A DNA stretch of 64,000 nt, taken from positions 1,240,001 to 1,304,000 of the forward strand of contig OZ237735.1 of the NCBI GenBank assembly GCA_965178125.1, in the 5' to 3' direction. Made by a program: the position numbers and the translations under genes. Each line of letters starts with the position of its first letter. Within the stretch, counting starts at the first letter, position 1. The stretch comes from Bilabrum cf. latius. Its lineage: Eukaryota. A model generated the notes under the pieces. That model was not told where the DNA came from, ran no database searches, and worked only from the letters and a program-made list of their open reading frames with translations. This document shows positions 1 to 12,386 of this stretch, in pieces.

Positions 1-3000
1 CTGCCTTGCTCGGTTGCGAGTCCGGCGAGCTCGACGCAGCTGCCACATAAAAGCAGTCACATGGCAGGATACGTGCGGACGACCGCCAACGGTTATCTCA
101 TCGACCAGATCGTTGTCATGCCTGAGGATCGCGCTGAAAAGCTGAGACTGCACCGCACTGAGCTGCGTGCTGGTGAACAAGAATTGATAAATGTCACCGT
201 GACCCCGGCGCTTCGCCTCTGACAATGCTGATACCTTGAGCTTGTTAATCCGGCGTGGGAGGGCCTGGAATCGCTCCACAAGCAGCTTGACTAGACTCAA
301 GTGGTTCCCTCTGACAGCCTCGATCAAGGCCGTGTAGCCTCGCGAGGTTTCGTGATCCACACCGACTCCAGCATCCAGCAGCACCACGCAAACCTTCTCG
401 TGGCCATGCATCGCTGCGAGCGTTAATGGGGTGTGCCCCTGCGATGACTCAATCAGCAGGGCATCAAGGCTGCCTAGCGTGGCGAACTGACCAACCAATG
501 AGTGATCTCCGGTGCGGCATGCGCGAAATAGCGGTGAGCTGCTGTACACGGGGTCGAACAGCAATACACCACCGGTCACAGCCCCAGGCCAACTTGCAGG
601 AGACACATCAGTATCGTCCAACCCTGACCCACGGCCCGCAAGTGAGTCTTCTGCAACCGATGCAGAGACGAGAGAGGATGAATCGCGGGCCTCGACTTGC
701 CTAACGGCGTCGGGCACCCGAGCAGCTGCACGAAGGACCTCTTCCATGATCACCTGATGCTGTGACTTCTACTGCTAGCGACCTTGCGCTGCGTCGTGGT
801 CGCTAGCCTGTCGCCGGAACCATCGGAGAAGCGGTTTTGAGTTGGAAAGCACTGCAGCCTCATAGACTGGGTCTGGTACATGCCCAAGGGCCTCCCACCG
901 TGCCTGCTGCTCCCACCTTCTGCGAGCCTGCATTTGCGCAAAAGCAGCGCCAGAGCTAGAAAGTTGTTCGGCCCATAGTTGCACCTCCCACCCTGGAATG
1001 AAGACGCTGCCACCGCGACGACGGCTAGTCCTTGCTACGGGCGTGTCTCTGCCGGCTTGCTCCAGCTGCTGCACGTCAATCACACGCTCGGCCCCCGCTT
1101 CGTCCTCGTTAAAGTCAAGGGCGTCAGGTTCGCTGGCCATTGCAGACACATCGCCAAGAAAACTAGCGTCCTGGTGGCCGGTGGCAAGTCTACGATCTCG
1201 CACGTGACCAGATTCTTGGTCCTGCCTCTCTTCGGCGCGAGCTAAGCGACGGAGCATTCTCCGCTGCCGACGCTGGAACTTGATTCGCGCATCGGAGGCA
1301 GGGACTCCCTTTGCAACTGCTTCGTCCCTGTCTTCCTGCATCGAACACTGTGGGAACTCAACGACAAGCGCAAGAGGGTGTGGGTACGCAATCCAGTCCG
1401 CCATGGGTGCCACTGTGGAAAAATACCGAGACAGACCATCCTGTGCATCTGCTCCTCCTGCGCTACCGTCCGCGGCATTAGATTTGTTCTATCTAGCAGC
1501 TTGTTTCTCGGCTCGAATGGCCTCTACCCTTGCCATCTCAGGGTCGAAAGGTACCAGCTGTAGCTCGTCGGATGTGGTTGCGTGCTGGCGACCCAAAAGC
1601 TTGCCAGATGACCGGCTGCCACGCACACCCAATTCGCGCAGAATCTCGCCCCCCCCGCGCGACACAATCCCGGTTCTGTAGTCCTCTACATCGTCTGCAA
1701 ATGCACCCGCGTCATCAAAGTCAATCGCTGCTCCCTAGTGGTTTTCACTGGGCGCACCTGCATCGTGGTCGAGTAGACCCGCGTCTGGTAAGTCGACAGC
1801 ATCTCCAAGCACACCTTCGACAGGCATTCCTGCCGCAACAAGTTCAAGTTGAAGAGCGGACAGCTTGATTTCGCCCTTTTTTATTTTTTGAACAATCTCT
1901 GGGGCATGCCCTGTGTCCTACGACCCACCCCACCGCTGGGCCAGCAGCTGCCTCTCCCTTGCTTCTTGCATGCGCAGGAGATCTCTCATGGCATGCAGCT
2001 CCATCATCGACCGCGCGCTCTCCACCATGTTGGCAAAGCTATCAGGAGGTCCGTCGGTCACCACAAAACGCCGCGAGCACGACTTGATGTGCGTCTCAAC
2101 GTCACTTGCCCAGGTCCTTGTACCACAGCCCATAGGACACTCCACCACCCGGTGAGAGCACTCATGCTCGGTATGCTCATCTACATCACGTTCAGACAGC
2201 TGTCTTCCACACTTTAGAGGGCAGTGAACCATTCGCATAGCGCACTCTGCAACTTCATGCGCATCCCGGTTGAACGGCGTGTCAAATGACATCCCGCACC
2301 CTTTTCTGCACCGAAACACATCGGCCTAGACGTCAATGTGGTCATGATGCACCACCGTCATGCCAATCCAGTCGGGCACAAAGTCTGCGGCGTCCGCCCT
2401 AGTGCCATTCTTCGCGGGCATGCCTTCGTGTTCGATGAACACCACACCATCAGGCAGAGTGTTCACAAGCAAATCTCCAAGTGCTCGAAAGTGCTCTCGT
2501 CTGCGCAGCAATTCAGCTCTATGCGGCCGTGGAATTTCTCGTTCGGATGTCAGGAGTGAGTTCGGTATCGCGCGCGGGTTGTCTGCCGGTTCAATCCCAT
2601 CGGAAGGACTGCCGCCACCTGAGTGGTCGTGAAGCGCTAGTCTGTGAGTCTTGGCTGCCTGTTGGCCAGTGCCCTCCCCTCCCTTTGCTGTAATGGGACG
2701 CAATCGAACCGGCATCGGGGAGCCTGGTCGGACGTCCTCCATTGAACCCGGACGGGAAATGGAAATACGTCTTCTAGAAGGAGCACCACGGGCCAAAGGG
2801 TGGGCAAGCAACTACCACGCTTCACTGGGCATGCCGATTCCATCCCCAGGTTGTCCGAAGGCGTTGGTCGGCCTCGCCTTCTCAAAGCGATGGAATCGGC
2901 GCTCGAGTCGCTTTTCGCGATGCTGCAACAAGTCATGCAGCAAGCCCGTCGATTGAGTGGTGCCAAGGATCTGTTGAATTCTCGGAATTTCGGCGCGCTG

Positions 3001-6000
3001 AAAGACCGGCTGCCTGGGCAAGTGGGAAACGAAAGCGTAGCTGCCATCGACGCTCCCGTCGTTCCCGTTGTAACCTCCTACCATTCTGCGTTCCACGCGA
3101 TGGCCAAGTAGCAATGCTGACGGATTTGCTACCACCTTGCCGTGAAAAGGAGCAGCAGCTGAACGTTTGGCTGCTTGCTAGTTCACATCCAGCGTAGGCA
3201 GAGGCGCGGCGCTTGAGCTTCTACTCGGCCCTGCGTCGATGAGGTCGTCTAAGTCTACATCTGCGGAGCTCTGCCACGCCAAACGCATGGCCTTAGACTG
3301 TGACTCTCTGTATGAAACAGGCATGGACATATCCTGCTTTTCGTCAGACTAGGCTCCATGAGTCGCCAGGAATCTATCAATGGTGAGGGCCTTCCCGAGC
3401 ACCCGGACGCTCTACGCTGGCAGCCGCAACCAGACGTGCCTCGAGCCCTTGCTGGCATTACCGTACCTGCCATCCGATCCGGCTTCGATGCGGGCAGGCA
3501 AATCCAAGCGAGAAACGAATTCAGAATCTACCTGACCAGCCTTGCCCGCACCTCCGACGATTGCCTCTTCGCCGTCAGTCGGGTGTGACCCAGACTAGTC
3601 AGCTAGCCGTGACACGAGTGCATCAATGGTAGACCCACTCCCTCTTGTCCAATAGTCCACAGGCACGCTCCCCAAGTCTGATGGCGTGTCTACCAATAGA
3701 GCCGCGGCGGTGGCACACGGCTCCCCGCGCACGCCACCCAGCATCCTGGGCAAGCTTCCCGGTGTTCGGCCTGGCGCTAGTCGAACCGGGGCGCACAAAC
3801 CGGACGGATCATCACACAGCTCAATAATTCCGACTCGAGCCAGAGCGCTTGCGAGCTGTTGCCTCCAAGTCTGCGGAAGCAGCCGCAGCTTGTGCATCCC
3901 AGTCCTCGGCTCGTAGCTCGAGGCCACGCAGCGTAGCGCCGTCCCGTGCACGAACACCAGCAAGCATTGTCCAATGACAGACTTTGCCATTGGGTATGCA
4001 AGCTTTCGTCCATGCTTGTCAACGTACACCTCGGAAGCCTTCTCCGATCGTTGACTGGAGGAACCAGGCAGCGCTGACGTGTCAACGAGGGCGTGGTTGT
4101 CGCTGGTATGCATCGACCCCTCCGTTGCATGCCCCACGGATCGATGGCCAGAGGCTAGTCCAACCTACTCGGTACCATCAAATCCTCGCAGCAATCTCAG
4201 CAATTCTGCTCTTCGATTTCGACGGCTAGAGTTCTCATTGGCGCTGCTTTGCGCCGACTGTCGTAGCTCTCGTAGCTCACGCCGCCATCTCTCTTCGTTC
4301 GATTCTTTCGAGTAATCTGGCTTTTTGGGAACTAGATGAGATGGAAGAGTGCCGGTGGGCAGTTCCCCGTTCTGCACCGCTAGCTGGTGCGTTTCGATGG
4401 CAAGATCGGACTTGGACTAGTTGGCCAGCAGTTTCTCCGCCCTGCTAATCACCGCGTCCGCTTTGGACCACCTACTATGCTGATCGCGCACACGACCGTG
4501 GAACGACTCCATTAGTCTCCTGAGTTTTTCCTCCCTCTATACCTCAGCGATGCGCAGCGACACGGCTCCCACCAGCCGTGTGGCTGCGAGGTGCTCGCCG
4601 AGGTTGTCTTCCGCCTGCTCGTCTCGCACGATAGCTAGGGCGGTTGGCAGATGATGCTTGACCTCTTGGTATTTTCTGGTGTCATCTACGCTACCTCGGC
4701 GCGTTCGACGACGCAACCCTCCACGAGTGGCTGAGCTGCCATGTGCAGCAGTCGTTGCAGGCCCAGCGCTACCATCCGGCTCGGTATCGACGGCCATGTG
4801 GTCCTCGGGCAGCCCTTCTGCCGGCCGCTGCCAGGAATGCTGGGTATCTGATAGCGAGTCGTGCTCGACATCAGGCTCTTTTTGTCCAACAGAGGCGTCG
4901 GCGCGAGATAACTCATCTTGCGCGATGGCGTGCAGTACCTCACCGTATGGAGTCGTTGCATCCATGCGGTGCGCGTCTGCCCGCACCCTGGCCCTGCACA
5001 TGGCAAGCAGCATGCTCTCAACGGCTTCGACATCCTCCTATGGAATAGAAGACCTCTCTCCGTCATGATACAGATAATCTTCACACGTTTTCCCGTCACG
5101 ATCCACGTGCTGCAAGGCGTTCTTGACCCAGTGCAGGGATGGAGTGCCCTGATGCATGAGGTCACGCGGGTGGTCCGACTGCTTGTGGATCAAGTCTTGG
5201 CGCTGCGCTGCAAGAGCCAAACCGTCTAGAAGGACTCGAAGGGTTTCTGTGTGGCCACGCATCGCAGCGGCAATCAGCGGGGTGCGCCCAGTCACATTTG
5301 AGGCCTGCTGCACGTCGGCTCCAAGGACCAAGAGCTCCGCAGCGCCACGCCTGTTGCCAGCTAGAGATGCCCACAGCAGCGGCGTCATGCCAGCTTTTGA
5401 TTCGTGGTTCAGCTCGGCACCTTCCCTCACTAGGCTTCGAATGAGCTGGATCTTGCCTGCGGCAGCTGCTAGCTCCAGCTGAGTTCTGCCTGTCACCGGC
5501 CCATAGACATCAAGTGCGTACGGTAGCTCCCATGGCTCTGGCAGCTGCATCCACGCCGTGTTGACCTAGGCATCAGATGACACGCTTGAAGGCGAACCTG
5601 GACCGGCAGACTCGGCGTGGCTCCCGGACTCAGACGGACTAGAATACATGTAGGCTTCCGCCTCGTGGGGAGGCGAGCCAACCTGTGATGACTGATGCTG
5701 GTTCTGTTCGGATGCAGGAACTGCACTAAGCTGTCCAAGTGCCCCAGACGGCTGCATTAGCGTAGAGCTCATTGTGGTGACGATGCTTCCGCCTGCTTCC
5801 GGTGCCTCGGGCATGTGCGACACCAATTGCTGGTGGTGGGTTGCGTTGGCTTGGACCTGTCCAGTTGCAGCGCCCGCAACTCGATGGATAGGAGATAGTG
5901 ATGGAGCAGCAGGGCTAGATCCTCGAATAGGTTGCAGGGCAGGCCTCCGTACTGCCTTGCTTATCTCAGATTTAGGTTTGGGTTCGCTCGAAGTGGCCAG

Positions 6001-6918
6001 TCCAGGGCCAGAGCCAGAGCCAGGGGTGCTTCCGGCAGTGCGGCGATCGCCGGTTCTGACTTTAAGACCAACAGCACTGCAAGCAGCTTGCAGCTCTCCC
6101 CTTCCAATGCTGCCGCACCTCTTCCACAGCCGGGTGACTGTCTGTGACAGCAACAGGTTGAGGGTGTCGCGGCTGCCTGACTGCCTAGCGGCGACATACT
6201 TGCGGGCGCGAGCGGCGAGCGCCCTCGCATCGAACCGCTCAGCGGGTGTCTAAGCCACAGCTGCTGCAGTGGCCCACGCTTTCAGAACGACGGGAGCATC
6301 CTTGAGTTTGGAAGGCGGCTGCTCGCCCAGAGCATCCAGGATATCGCCGACCCCGCTCGAGTCCTTCGAGTCCTCTCTGGAGCCGGAGGAATGCGCCACG
6401 TGCTCAAACACGTCTGACACATAGAATCGTAGAGAGTATGCAGCAGAAACTATCTTCAATGCCTCTTCGAACTGTTCTCGGCGAACTGGGATGCGCCCGC
6501 GAGCCTCCTCTAGCAAATCCGCGTCGTTCGATTCGATAGCCGCAACAATGCGAGTTCGCCACTACTCGTGCTACACGACAACCCTCAAGCTAGCAGCAGC
6601 TTCTCGAATCATTCGGAGGCGCTTTTGCTGCCTCCGAAACAAGGTAGCTATCGCAGACTCTATTGCATCGCACGCTACTTGATTGCGGGACATCCTGGCC
6701 CAGTCAAGCGCAGTACGACCCTAATCGTCGCAGTCAAACAGACAAAGTGAAAGAGGTTCTTCATCTCCTGTCGATGAAAACCAGTCAAATGGCCCGGATA
6801 GAAGCGACTCGACCACGTGCTCATCTCGGGTTCCTGCTGATGACAAGTTGCCACTCGCCGCTCTCATGAGGAGAGAGCGGCTACTTGCTACTGCTGCGAC
6901 ACCATTCATAGTACTCAT
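1..6918 (-). CDS. Very large (>2300 aa, runs off window) ankyrin-repeat protein with internal TRAF-type zinc fingers; TAG read as Gln
   Basis: Eleven track ORFs (775..1413 through 6721..7098) share one frame. I read the gaps and found 20 TAG and no TAA/TGA from ATG 6918 to base 1. Ankyrin motifs: D*GRTALDWA, AGMTPLLWAS, TGRTPLIAAA, QGHTPLTLAA, RGYTALIEAV. TRAF-like fingers CPLKCG..H..HEC..RVVECPMGCG at ~2050-2320. Confidence 0.85.
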
Positions 6919-7147
6919 TTTCAAAATCCGATCACGAAAAGAGTCTCTGCATCGGTCTACGTGGCAGCGTATGCCAGTTTTTGTTTCGCCCAACGGATTC
7001 CAGTCTTCATCTTCAAATCTGATAGGGGTCGCAACGATCGGATTGCTCGACGACGTCGACGTAAGATCACGCAAGTGTGTTTTGCTACAGAGAGGCAAGA
7101 CCCATTCAAGATTGTGTCAGACCACATGCAGTGTCGTTGAAAACCAT

Positions 7148-10100
7148 TCATGTCAGCGCCGTGAAGTCCATCAGCCCGGACATAATGCCTGCCGCAGCAG
7201 GAGCCCCGCCGCCCGCCTCGGAGGAAGAAGGGCCAGTCGCGCCCATAACCACCTGCATCGCATCCAAAGGCGCCCCACTGGCCCTAGCCTACGTGTTGCT
7301 AGCACTGCTAGAGGACGAAAGCACCCCCGGGGCGGAGGCAGTAGCACCTTCGGCCGAGGCAGAGGATGCCACGGTCTGTGGAGCAGCCGCTGCCCCCGGG
7401 CCGTCCTCGGACTCAAAGCTGAGGCCAGTATCCGACCGGAGGGCCTGACCCGCAGAAGCATCGAACGCAGTCCCACCACCGACAGGACCCAGCACGGGAT
7501 CCGCCGGGCCACCCATGCCACCCGCTGCCTGCTGCTGCGCAGCGGCACCCTCCTTAATCTGCTTGATTCGGTTGAACTCTGCCATGATAGCATCCCGACG
7601 ATCCATTGCAATTGCTGGGATGAGCGGCTGTGGGTTCTTATTTCTCAGCAGCCGCAAGCCCTCGGCCACGCATTCTTTGATCTGCTTCTGCATCTCCCGC
7701 TCCTCGGCTGTCGGCTTGGGGCGGGTCTTCCCCACGAGGTCCTTGTGGACGTCACGACGATGCCTGGCCAAGTTGGCCTTGGCCGTGAAGCGCTTGTGAC
7801 AGCTCTCCACGTCGCACATGTAGGGACGGATTCCGAAGTGGGAGGCGTAGTGGTCGTTTCTGCTGGATGGGTGCGCGTACTCTTTCCCGCAGTAGGGCCA
7901 GGGGCACTGGTACCGCTTGATTCCCTCGTGCTTGGAGCGGATGTGCTGCTTCATGTTGCTAGAATGGGCGCACCTGAAATCGCAGCCCTCGAACACGCAA
8001 TGCAGGGGCTTCTCTCCGGTGTGCACCCGGATGTGTGCGGTGAGATCGGATCGAGATCGGAACGCCTTGTCGCAGCCCTCCTGCGGGCAGTGAAACTTGC
8101 CGTCCGCCCCCTTTGGCGGCTTGTTGTTGTGGAGCTTCACCTTGATCGGGAACTTGCCTGACGATGATCTCCCAGCCTTGCGCCCTTTCGCACTAGAAGC
8201 ATCCTCTTCTTCCTGCGCCCAAGATGCGGATGATGATGCCCTGCGGGACCCTCGTCTAGCTGGGGGTGGGGGCATCGATGCTTCGGACGCGCGCGTACCA
8301 CGCGTGCTGCGTGCCGATCGTCGGGTGCCGCCATCCGCTGCTGCAGTGGCTGCAGCCGCTGCCGCTGCCGCTGCTGGCTCGCTGCCAAACGCAGGCATTG
8401 CACCGGCATCGGCATCGACGGAGCCGCTGGCATCGCCTCGTGTCCTGGCACTGGCACGAATGATGCGGCCGGAACGGCTGCGAGTGGGTGCTGCAACCGG
8501 CGCCTCACCTGCTTGCTTAGGGGAAGGCTGCTCTCCTGCAGCCTTCGCAGCTGCACGGTTGCCACGGCCCTGACTGACACGTGGGGTGGTGCTCTTGGTG
8601 GCAGCATCGCTTTCGTCGCGCTGCAGGTTGGCTGCTTGCAGCACCATGTCCAGGCTGCCTCGGGACACGTGCTGGTCACGCTGCGGGGAATCGTCCTGTG
8701 CTGCGCAGCCTTGCTTCTCAGTGCGGCTGCGTTTGCTAGAGTTTGTTGGTCCGTGACCCTCTTTAGATGATGCGAAAGCAGCGCTCGTCATGTCGATGGA
8801 AGGTGCCGGCCGCTTCTGGCCCAACTCGTGCTGCTAGTCGACGGCGGGCTCCCAGCCAGACTGCCCCCACGACCCCTCTTGCCCCCCCTCTAGCTCGTGT
8901 TTTTGTTGTCCCTGCCCCGAACCCGCCCCGGCCTCCCCAGACAAATTCGATGAGGAGCTCGCGTTGCCCAGATCTGCAAGCCCATGGGCAGCCTCCTCGT
9001 CGACACCTCGCCGTTCCCCGTGTATCGCGTATCCCATCGCGTCGCTCTGGTTGCTGTGCAGCCGCATGGAATCGTGGGCGGGCGGCATTGATCTCGCCGT
9101 GCTGGGCAGCCTCCCAAACGAGTCTCCCGCGTCTTGGCTCTGGGGCCTGACCACGTCCCGGGCCATGCCCCTTGCGGACTACTGCTGATCCGCCTACTGT
9201 GGAACCAAAGAGCTGTTGGAGGGGTTGCGAGACACTGGGTAGTGAAAAACATGGGATCCTGGAGGCAGGGGGATGGAAATCTGCTGCGCCATTTGCACTG
9301 GCTGGCCGCCGAATTGAGCCGTCTAGTAGATGGGCATGGGCAACAGCACCTGGACCGCATGGGCTGGCTGCCCTTGGATAGGAGGGTGGTAGCTGCCACT
9401 CATGTTGGACGAGTCACGGTGAATGAAGCCTTGAGTGCTTGTTGCTGCGCTTGCGCTGCTGCTGCTGCTGCTGCTGCTGCCGGTCCATGCAGCTGCGCTC
9501 GTCCCCGAGCCCCACTCGCCTGTGTCCGCACCTGCCATGCTAAATCCGCCGCCGATATCTGTCGACAGACCCTGTGATTCTAGTTCCTTTTCAATGTCTA
9601 GGTCCGAAAAGGTGCTGCTCAGTCGGAGAGGGAGGGAGCCCGGTGGCCCGCCGTCGTCTCCATCGCCCTCCTCCGATGTGGCCCCCACGGCAGCAAGACT
9701 GGCGAGGCCGCTCACCGCCGCAGAGCTCGAGGCGTCGGAGCCGGCTGGGGCGTGCGCGGCGGACCCCCAAGACGCCTCCTGCGAATTGTTCCCGTTGCCA
9801 TACTGGCTCCCTCGCGGTAGTGTGTCGATGCTAGCTTGGCGATCCACCCCAGGCTCCACCGCCTGCCCCGATGCTGTCGCCGTGCTCGATCCGGTGCTGG
9901 CCTGGCCCGCACCTGTGTGCTAGGTACCAGCCGCCTCCACAGCACCTCTGGTACCAATATGACCATAGCTTGCTGAAGACGACACCCTCGGGTTTACTGC
10001 ACCCATTCTAACGAATGTTTTTGGCTGACTCTCGCCCGATTCGATCTGTTGTGGTGCGCTGCTGATCGATGAGCCTCCCAGCACATTGCTTGCTGATCCA

Positions 10101-10627
10101 ATGGAACTGAAAGGGTCTGGTAACTCCCTTCCTTCCTCAATGTGCCCTACCTGTATCGCAGAGAGAAGCTGGCTTGCATCGTCTGAGCTCGAGTACCAGT
10201 CGGCTGCTGCTTGCACCAATCTGTCCCGCACGGCCTCCAAGTTTGGGCCTGGTTCTTCCAGAGCTGGCATAATCTGCCGCGTACAGCCAAAAATTGCCTT
10301 CTTTGGCAGTCTTGACTCCCCAAAATGAAGTTTGGAAGCCCGATCAACACAGGTTTGTCGCAATACCTCCAGACCTCCTGTTGAAGCACTCATAGGAAAC
10401 AGCACCCGGCACATGTCGGTGTATAGCCGCAATGCCAAAAGGATTTCTGGACCAAGATGCTCGCTGATTTCAAGGGATACGCTTTCAGCTTGAGACTCAG
10501 CGGCGCCGAAGCCACGCTTTTCAGCGACGACCAACATTCCCTCCCTAAATACTTGGGGCGCTTCCTGCGGCCACTGCTCCTAGTTTTGTTTGACACCAGC
10601 AACGATATCCTAGATGGATGTTGGCAT
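7148..10627 (-). CDS. C2H2 zinc-finger transcription factor (4 fingers), long low-complexity N-terminus; TAG read as Gln
   Basis: ORFs 9920..10537, 9323..9859, 8834..9166 and 7289..8824 are co-framed and joined only by TAG; first TGA at 7148-7150. Fingers CPQEGC..HIRVH-TGEKP-..CVFEGC..H, CPWPYC..H, CDVESC..H at ~7740-8100. Start uncertain (ATG 10537, 10627 or 10840). Confidence 0.8.
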
Positions 10628-10986
10628 GTGCAGGTCACGGGACTTTGAACGGGAGATTGCATAAACGGCGTCATCACCATTTGCGCTGCGTTTCCGGATA
10701 TTGCTCTCACAGCAATTAGTCGAGTGAGGATGAAGCTAATGCTAAGTTTGGGTACCCATGCATTTTGAGATGGAGGCCAGACGCAGGAAACGGTGCCGAT
10801 GGGATGAGCAGCACTCTCGCAGCAAGCAACCACCACTCATGCATGGGTCTCTCTCTACCATAGGTTGACCAGCATCGGGACGGGTCGGCTCTTAGCTGCT
10901 CGCTGCCTAGACCGAGCTATAGTATCATGATATATATGCTGGGTTAATTGCAACAGAACTTCGCCGGGAACGGTTGGCCAAGAGCG

Positions 10987-11037
10987 AAGTGGTCCAAGTG
11001 GTCCAAGTGGTCAAGTCACTCAAGTGACTCGAAGTCC
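10987..11037. repeat. Degenerate ~9-bp tandem repeat (AAGTGGTCC-like) in intergenic DNA
   Basis: aagtggtcc aagtggtcc aagtggtc.. aagtcactc aagtgactc visible directly. Confidence 0.7.
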
Positions 11038-11344
11038 ATGATGTGACAATCATTGAACCGCACTTATTGCCGAGTATTCCTCCCGACAACACAACGGCAA
11101 GCTAATGGTACCGTACGCCCTCATTTGGTACAGTTCCATTGATTGTCTAGCTAGGCCCTAGTGTACAGAAATACAGAAATACATTGTTGGGTTAAGTTAC
11201 CGAACCCGCCACAGATGCACCATATCTCAGGTGATCACCTGCAGCGGTAGGAGCCCTCATAAGAGGACTACAAGACCCCCGACCCTTTCAGACCAAAGGC
11301 CCCCCATGTACCGGCCCTGATGTTGGGACCTCCCTTTGTCGCCT

Positions 11345-12265
11345 TCAAGCCCTCCTTCGCAGCAGTCCCGGAGCCTTTATTTCGGATATCCGTAGACACA
11401 CAGGCATACTGCGTGGACCCGGCATTATGCGCGGTCCAGACCCACCACGGAGTGCCCCTCCAGCCTCCGACGTCACTTCCAGGATCGTCCGGACTCGCGA
11501 TCCCTCTGAGGGTCGAGCACGCACACAATCATGCTCGTCTCTGGAACTGTCAGCGTAAATATGTGAATAGTTCCGAGGCTCCCCCTCCTGGGAGTCTTCC
11601 CGAGCTCGGTGTCCCCGGGCCCGGCTGATATAGGTGGCACCAACGGTGCAGAAACCAATCGCCCTGCTCTCCGGCAGGTAGACCGGCGCCAAAGCATTAG
11701 ATGCTAAGACTAGGGCTTCAAAGAACCCATTTTCTCCACAAGGGGAGAAATCCCGTGCTGAAATGACAGTACGGGCGTCGGAATAGGTGGCACCAACGGT
11801 GCAGAAACCAATCGCCCTGCTCTCCGGCAGGTAGACCGGCGCCAAAGCATTAGATGCTAAGACTAGGGCTTCAAAGAACCCATTTTCTCCACAAGGGAAG
11901 AAATCCCGTGCTGAAATGACAGTACGGGCGTCGGAGGCGGTAAACACCTTCCCGACCGTTTGGTCGTAGACCTTCCCGCGCACATCGGCGAACGGGCCAT
12001 AACCACTTCGCAGCCCCCACAGGGATCTCGAGTGGAATCGAGAGCTATTTAGCTCTTCTTCCGCTGCGCAGACGACACTCCAGGACGCCTGAACAGGGCT
12101 GTGCTGCTCAACCAGCACAGGCACCGAACCCGGTGCAGCCGACAATGCCAATCCAGGCGTCGGCTTCTCCCATCCCATAGGAAGGAAGAATATAGCCAAA
12201 GCACTATGTGCTAAGGCTAGGGCCCATAAAGGGTCCATCTCCCCCACCAGGAGACTAGTGTCCAT
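11345..12265 (-). CDS. Hypothetical protein with hydrophobic N-terminus and an exact 51-aa duplication; possibly degenerate
   Basis: Open from ATG 12265 (MDTSLLVGEMDPLWALALAHSALAIFF) to TGA 11345. No recognisable domain; divergent from the NTPase gene. Confidence 0.35.
   Translation of the reverse strand: MDTSLLVGEMDPLWALALAHSALAIFFLPMGWEKPTPGLALSAAPGSVPVLVEQHSPVQASWSVVCAAEEELNSSRFHSRSLWGLRSGYGPFADVRGKVYDQTVGKVFTASDARTVISARDFFPCGENGFFEALVLASNALAPVYLPESRAIGFCTVGATYSDARTVISARDFSPCGENGFFEALVLASNALAPVYLPESRAIGFCTVGATYISRARGHRAREDSQEGEPRNYSHIYADSSRDEHDCVRARPSEGSRVRTILEVTSEAGGALRGGSGPRIMPGPRSMPVCLRISEIKAPGLLRRRA
11630..11935. repeat. 153-bp direct tandem duplication (2 copies, 1 mismatch seen)
   Basis: Copy 1 is 11630-11782 and copy 2 is 11783-11935. 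Both start ataggtggcaccaacggtgc and end gtacgggcgtcgga; they differ at ggggag/gggaag. Confidence 0.95.
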
Positions 12266-12386
12266 TCGTGCATTGTTGCGAAAAAATTTGTCCAAAACCA
12301 GATCTAGCCCAGCAGCTTCGTGCTTACATTCGGCCTCGCTGCGGTTGAAGGTCGATGAAGCACACAATGCAAAGAGTGTTTCTACC

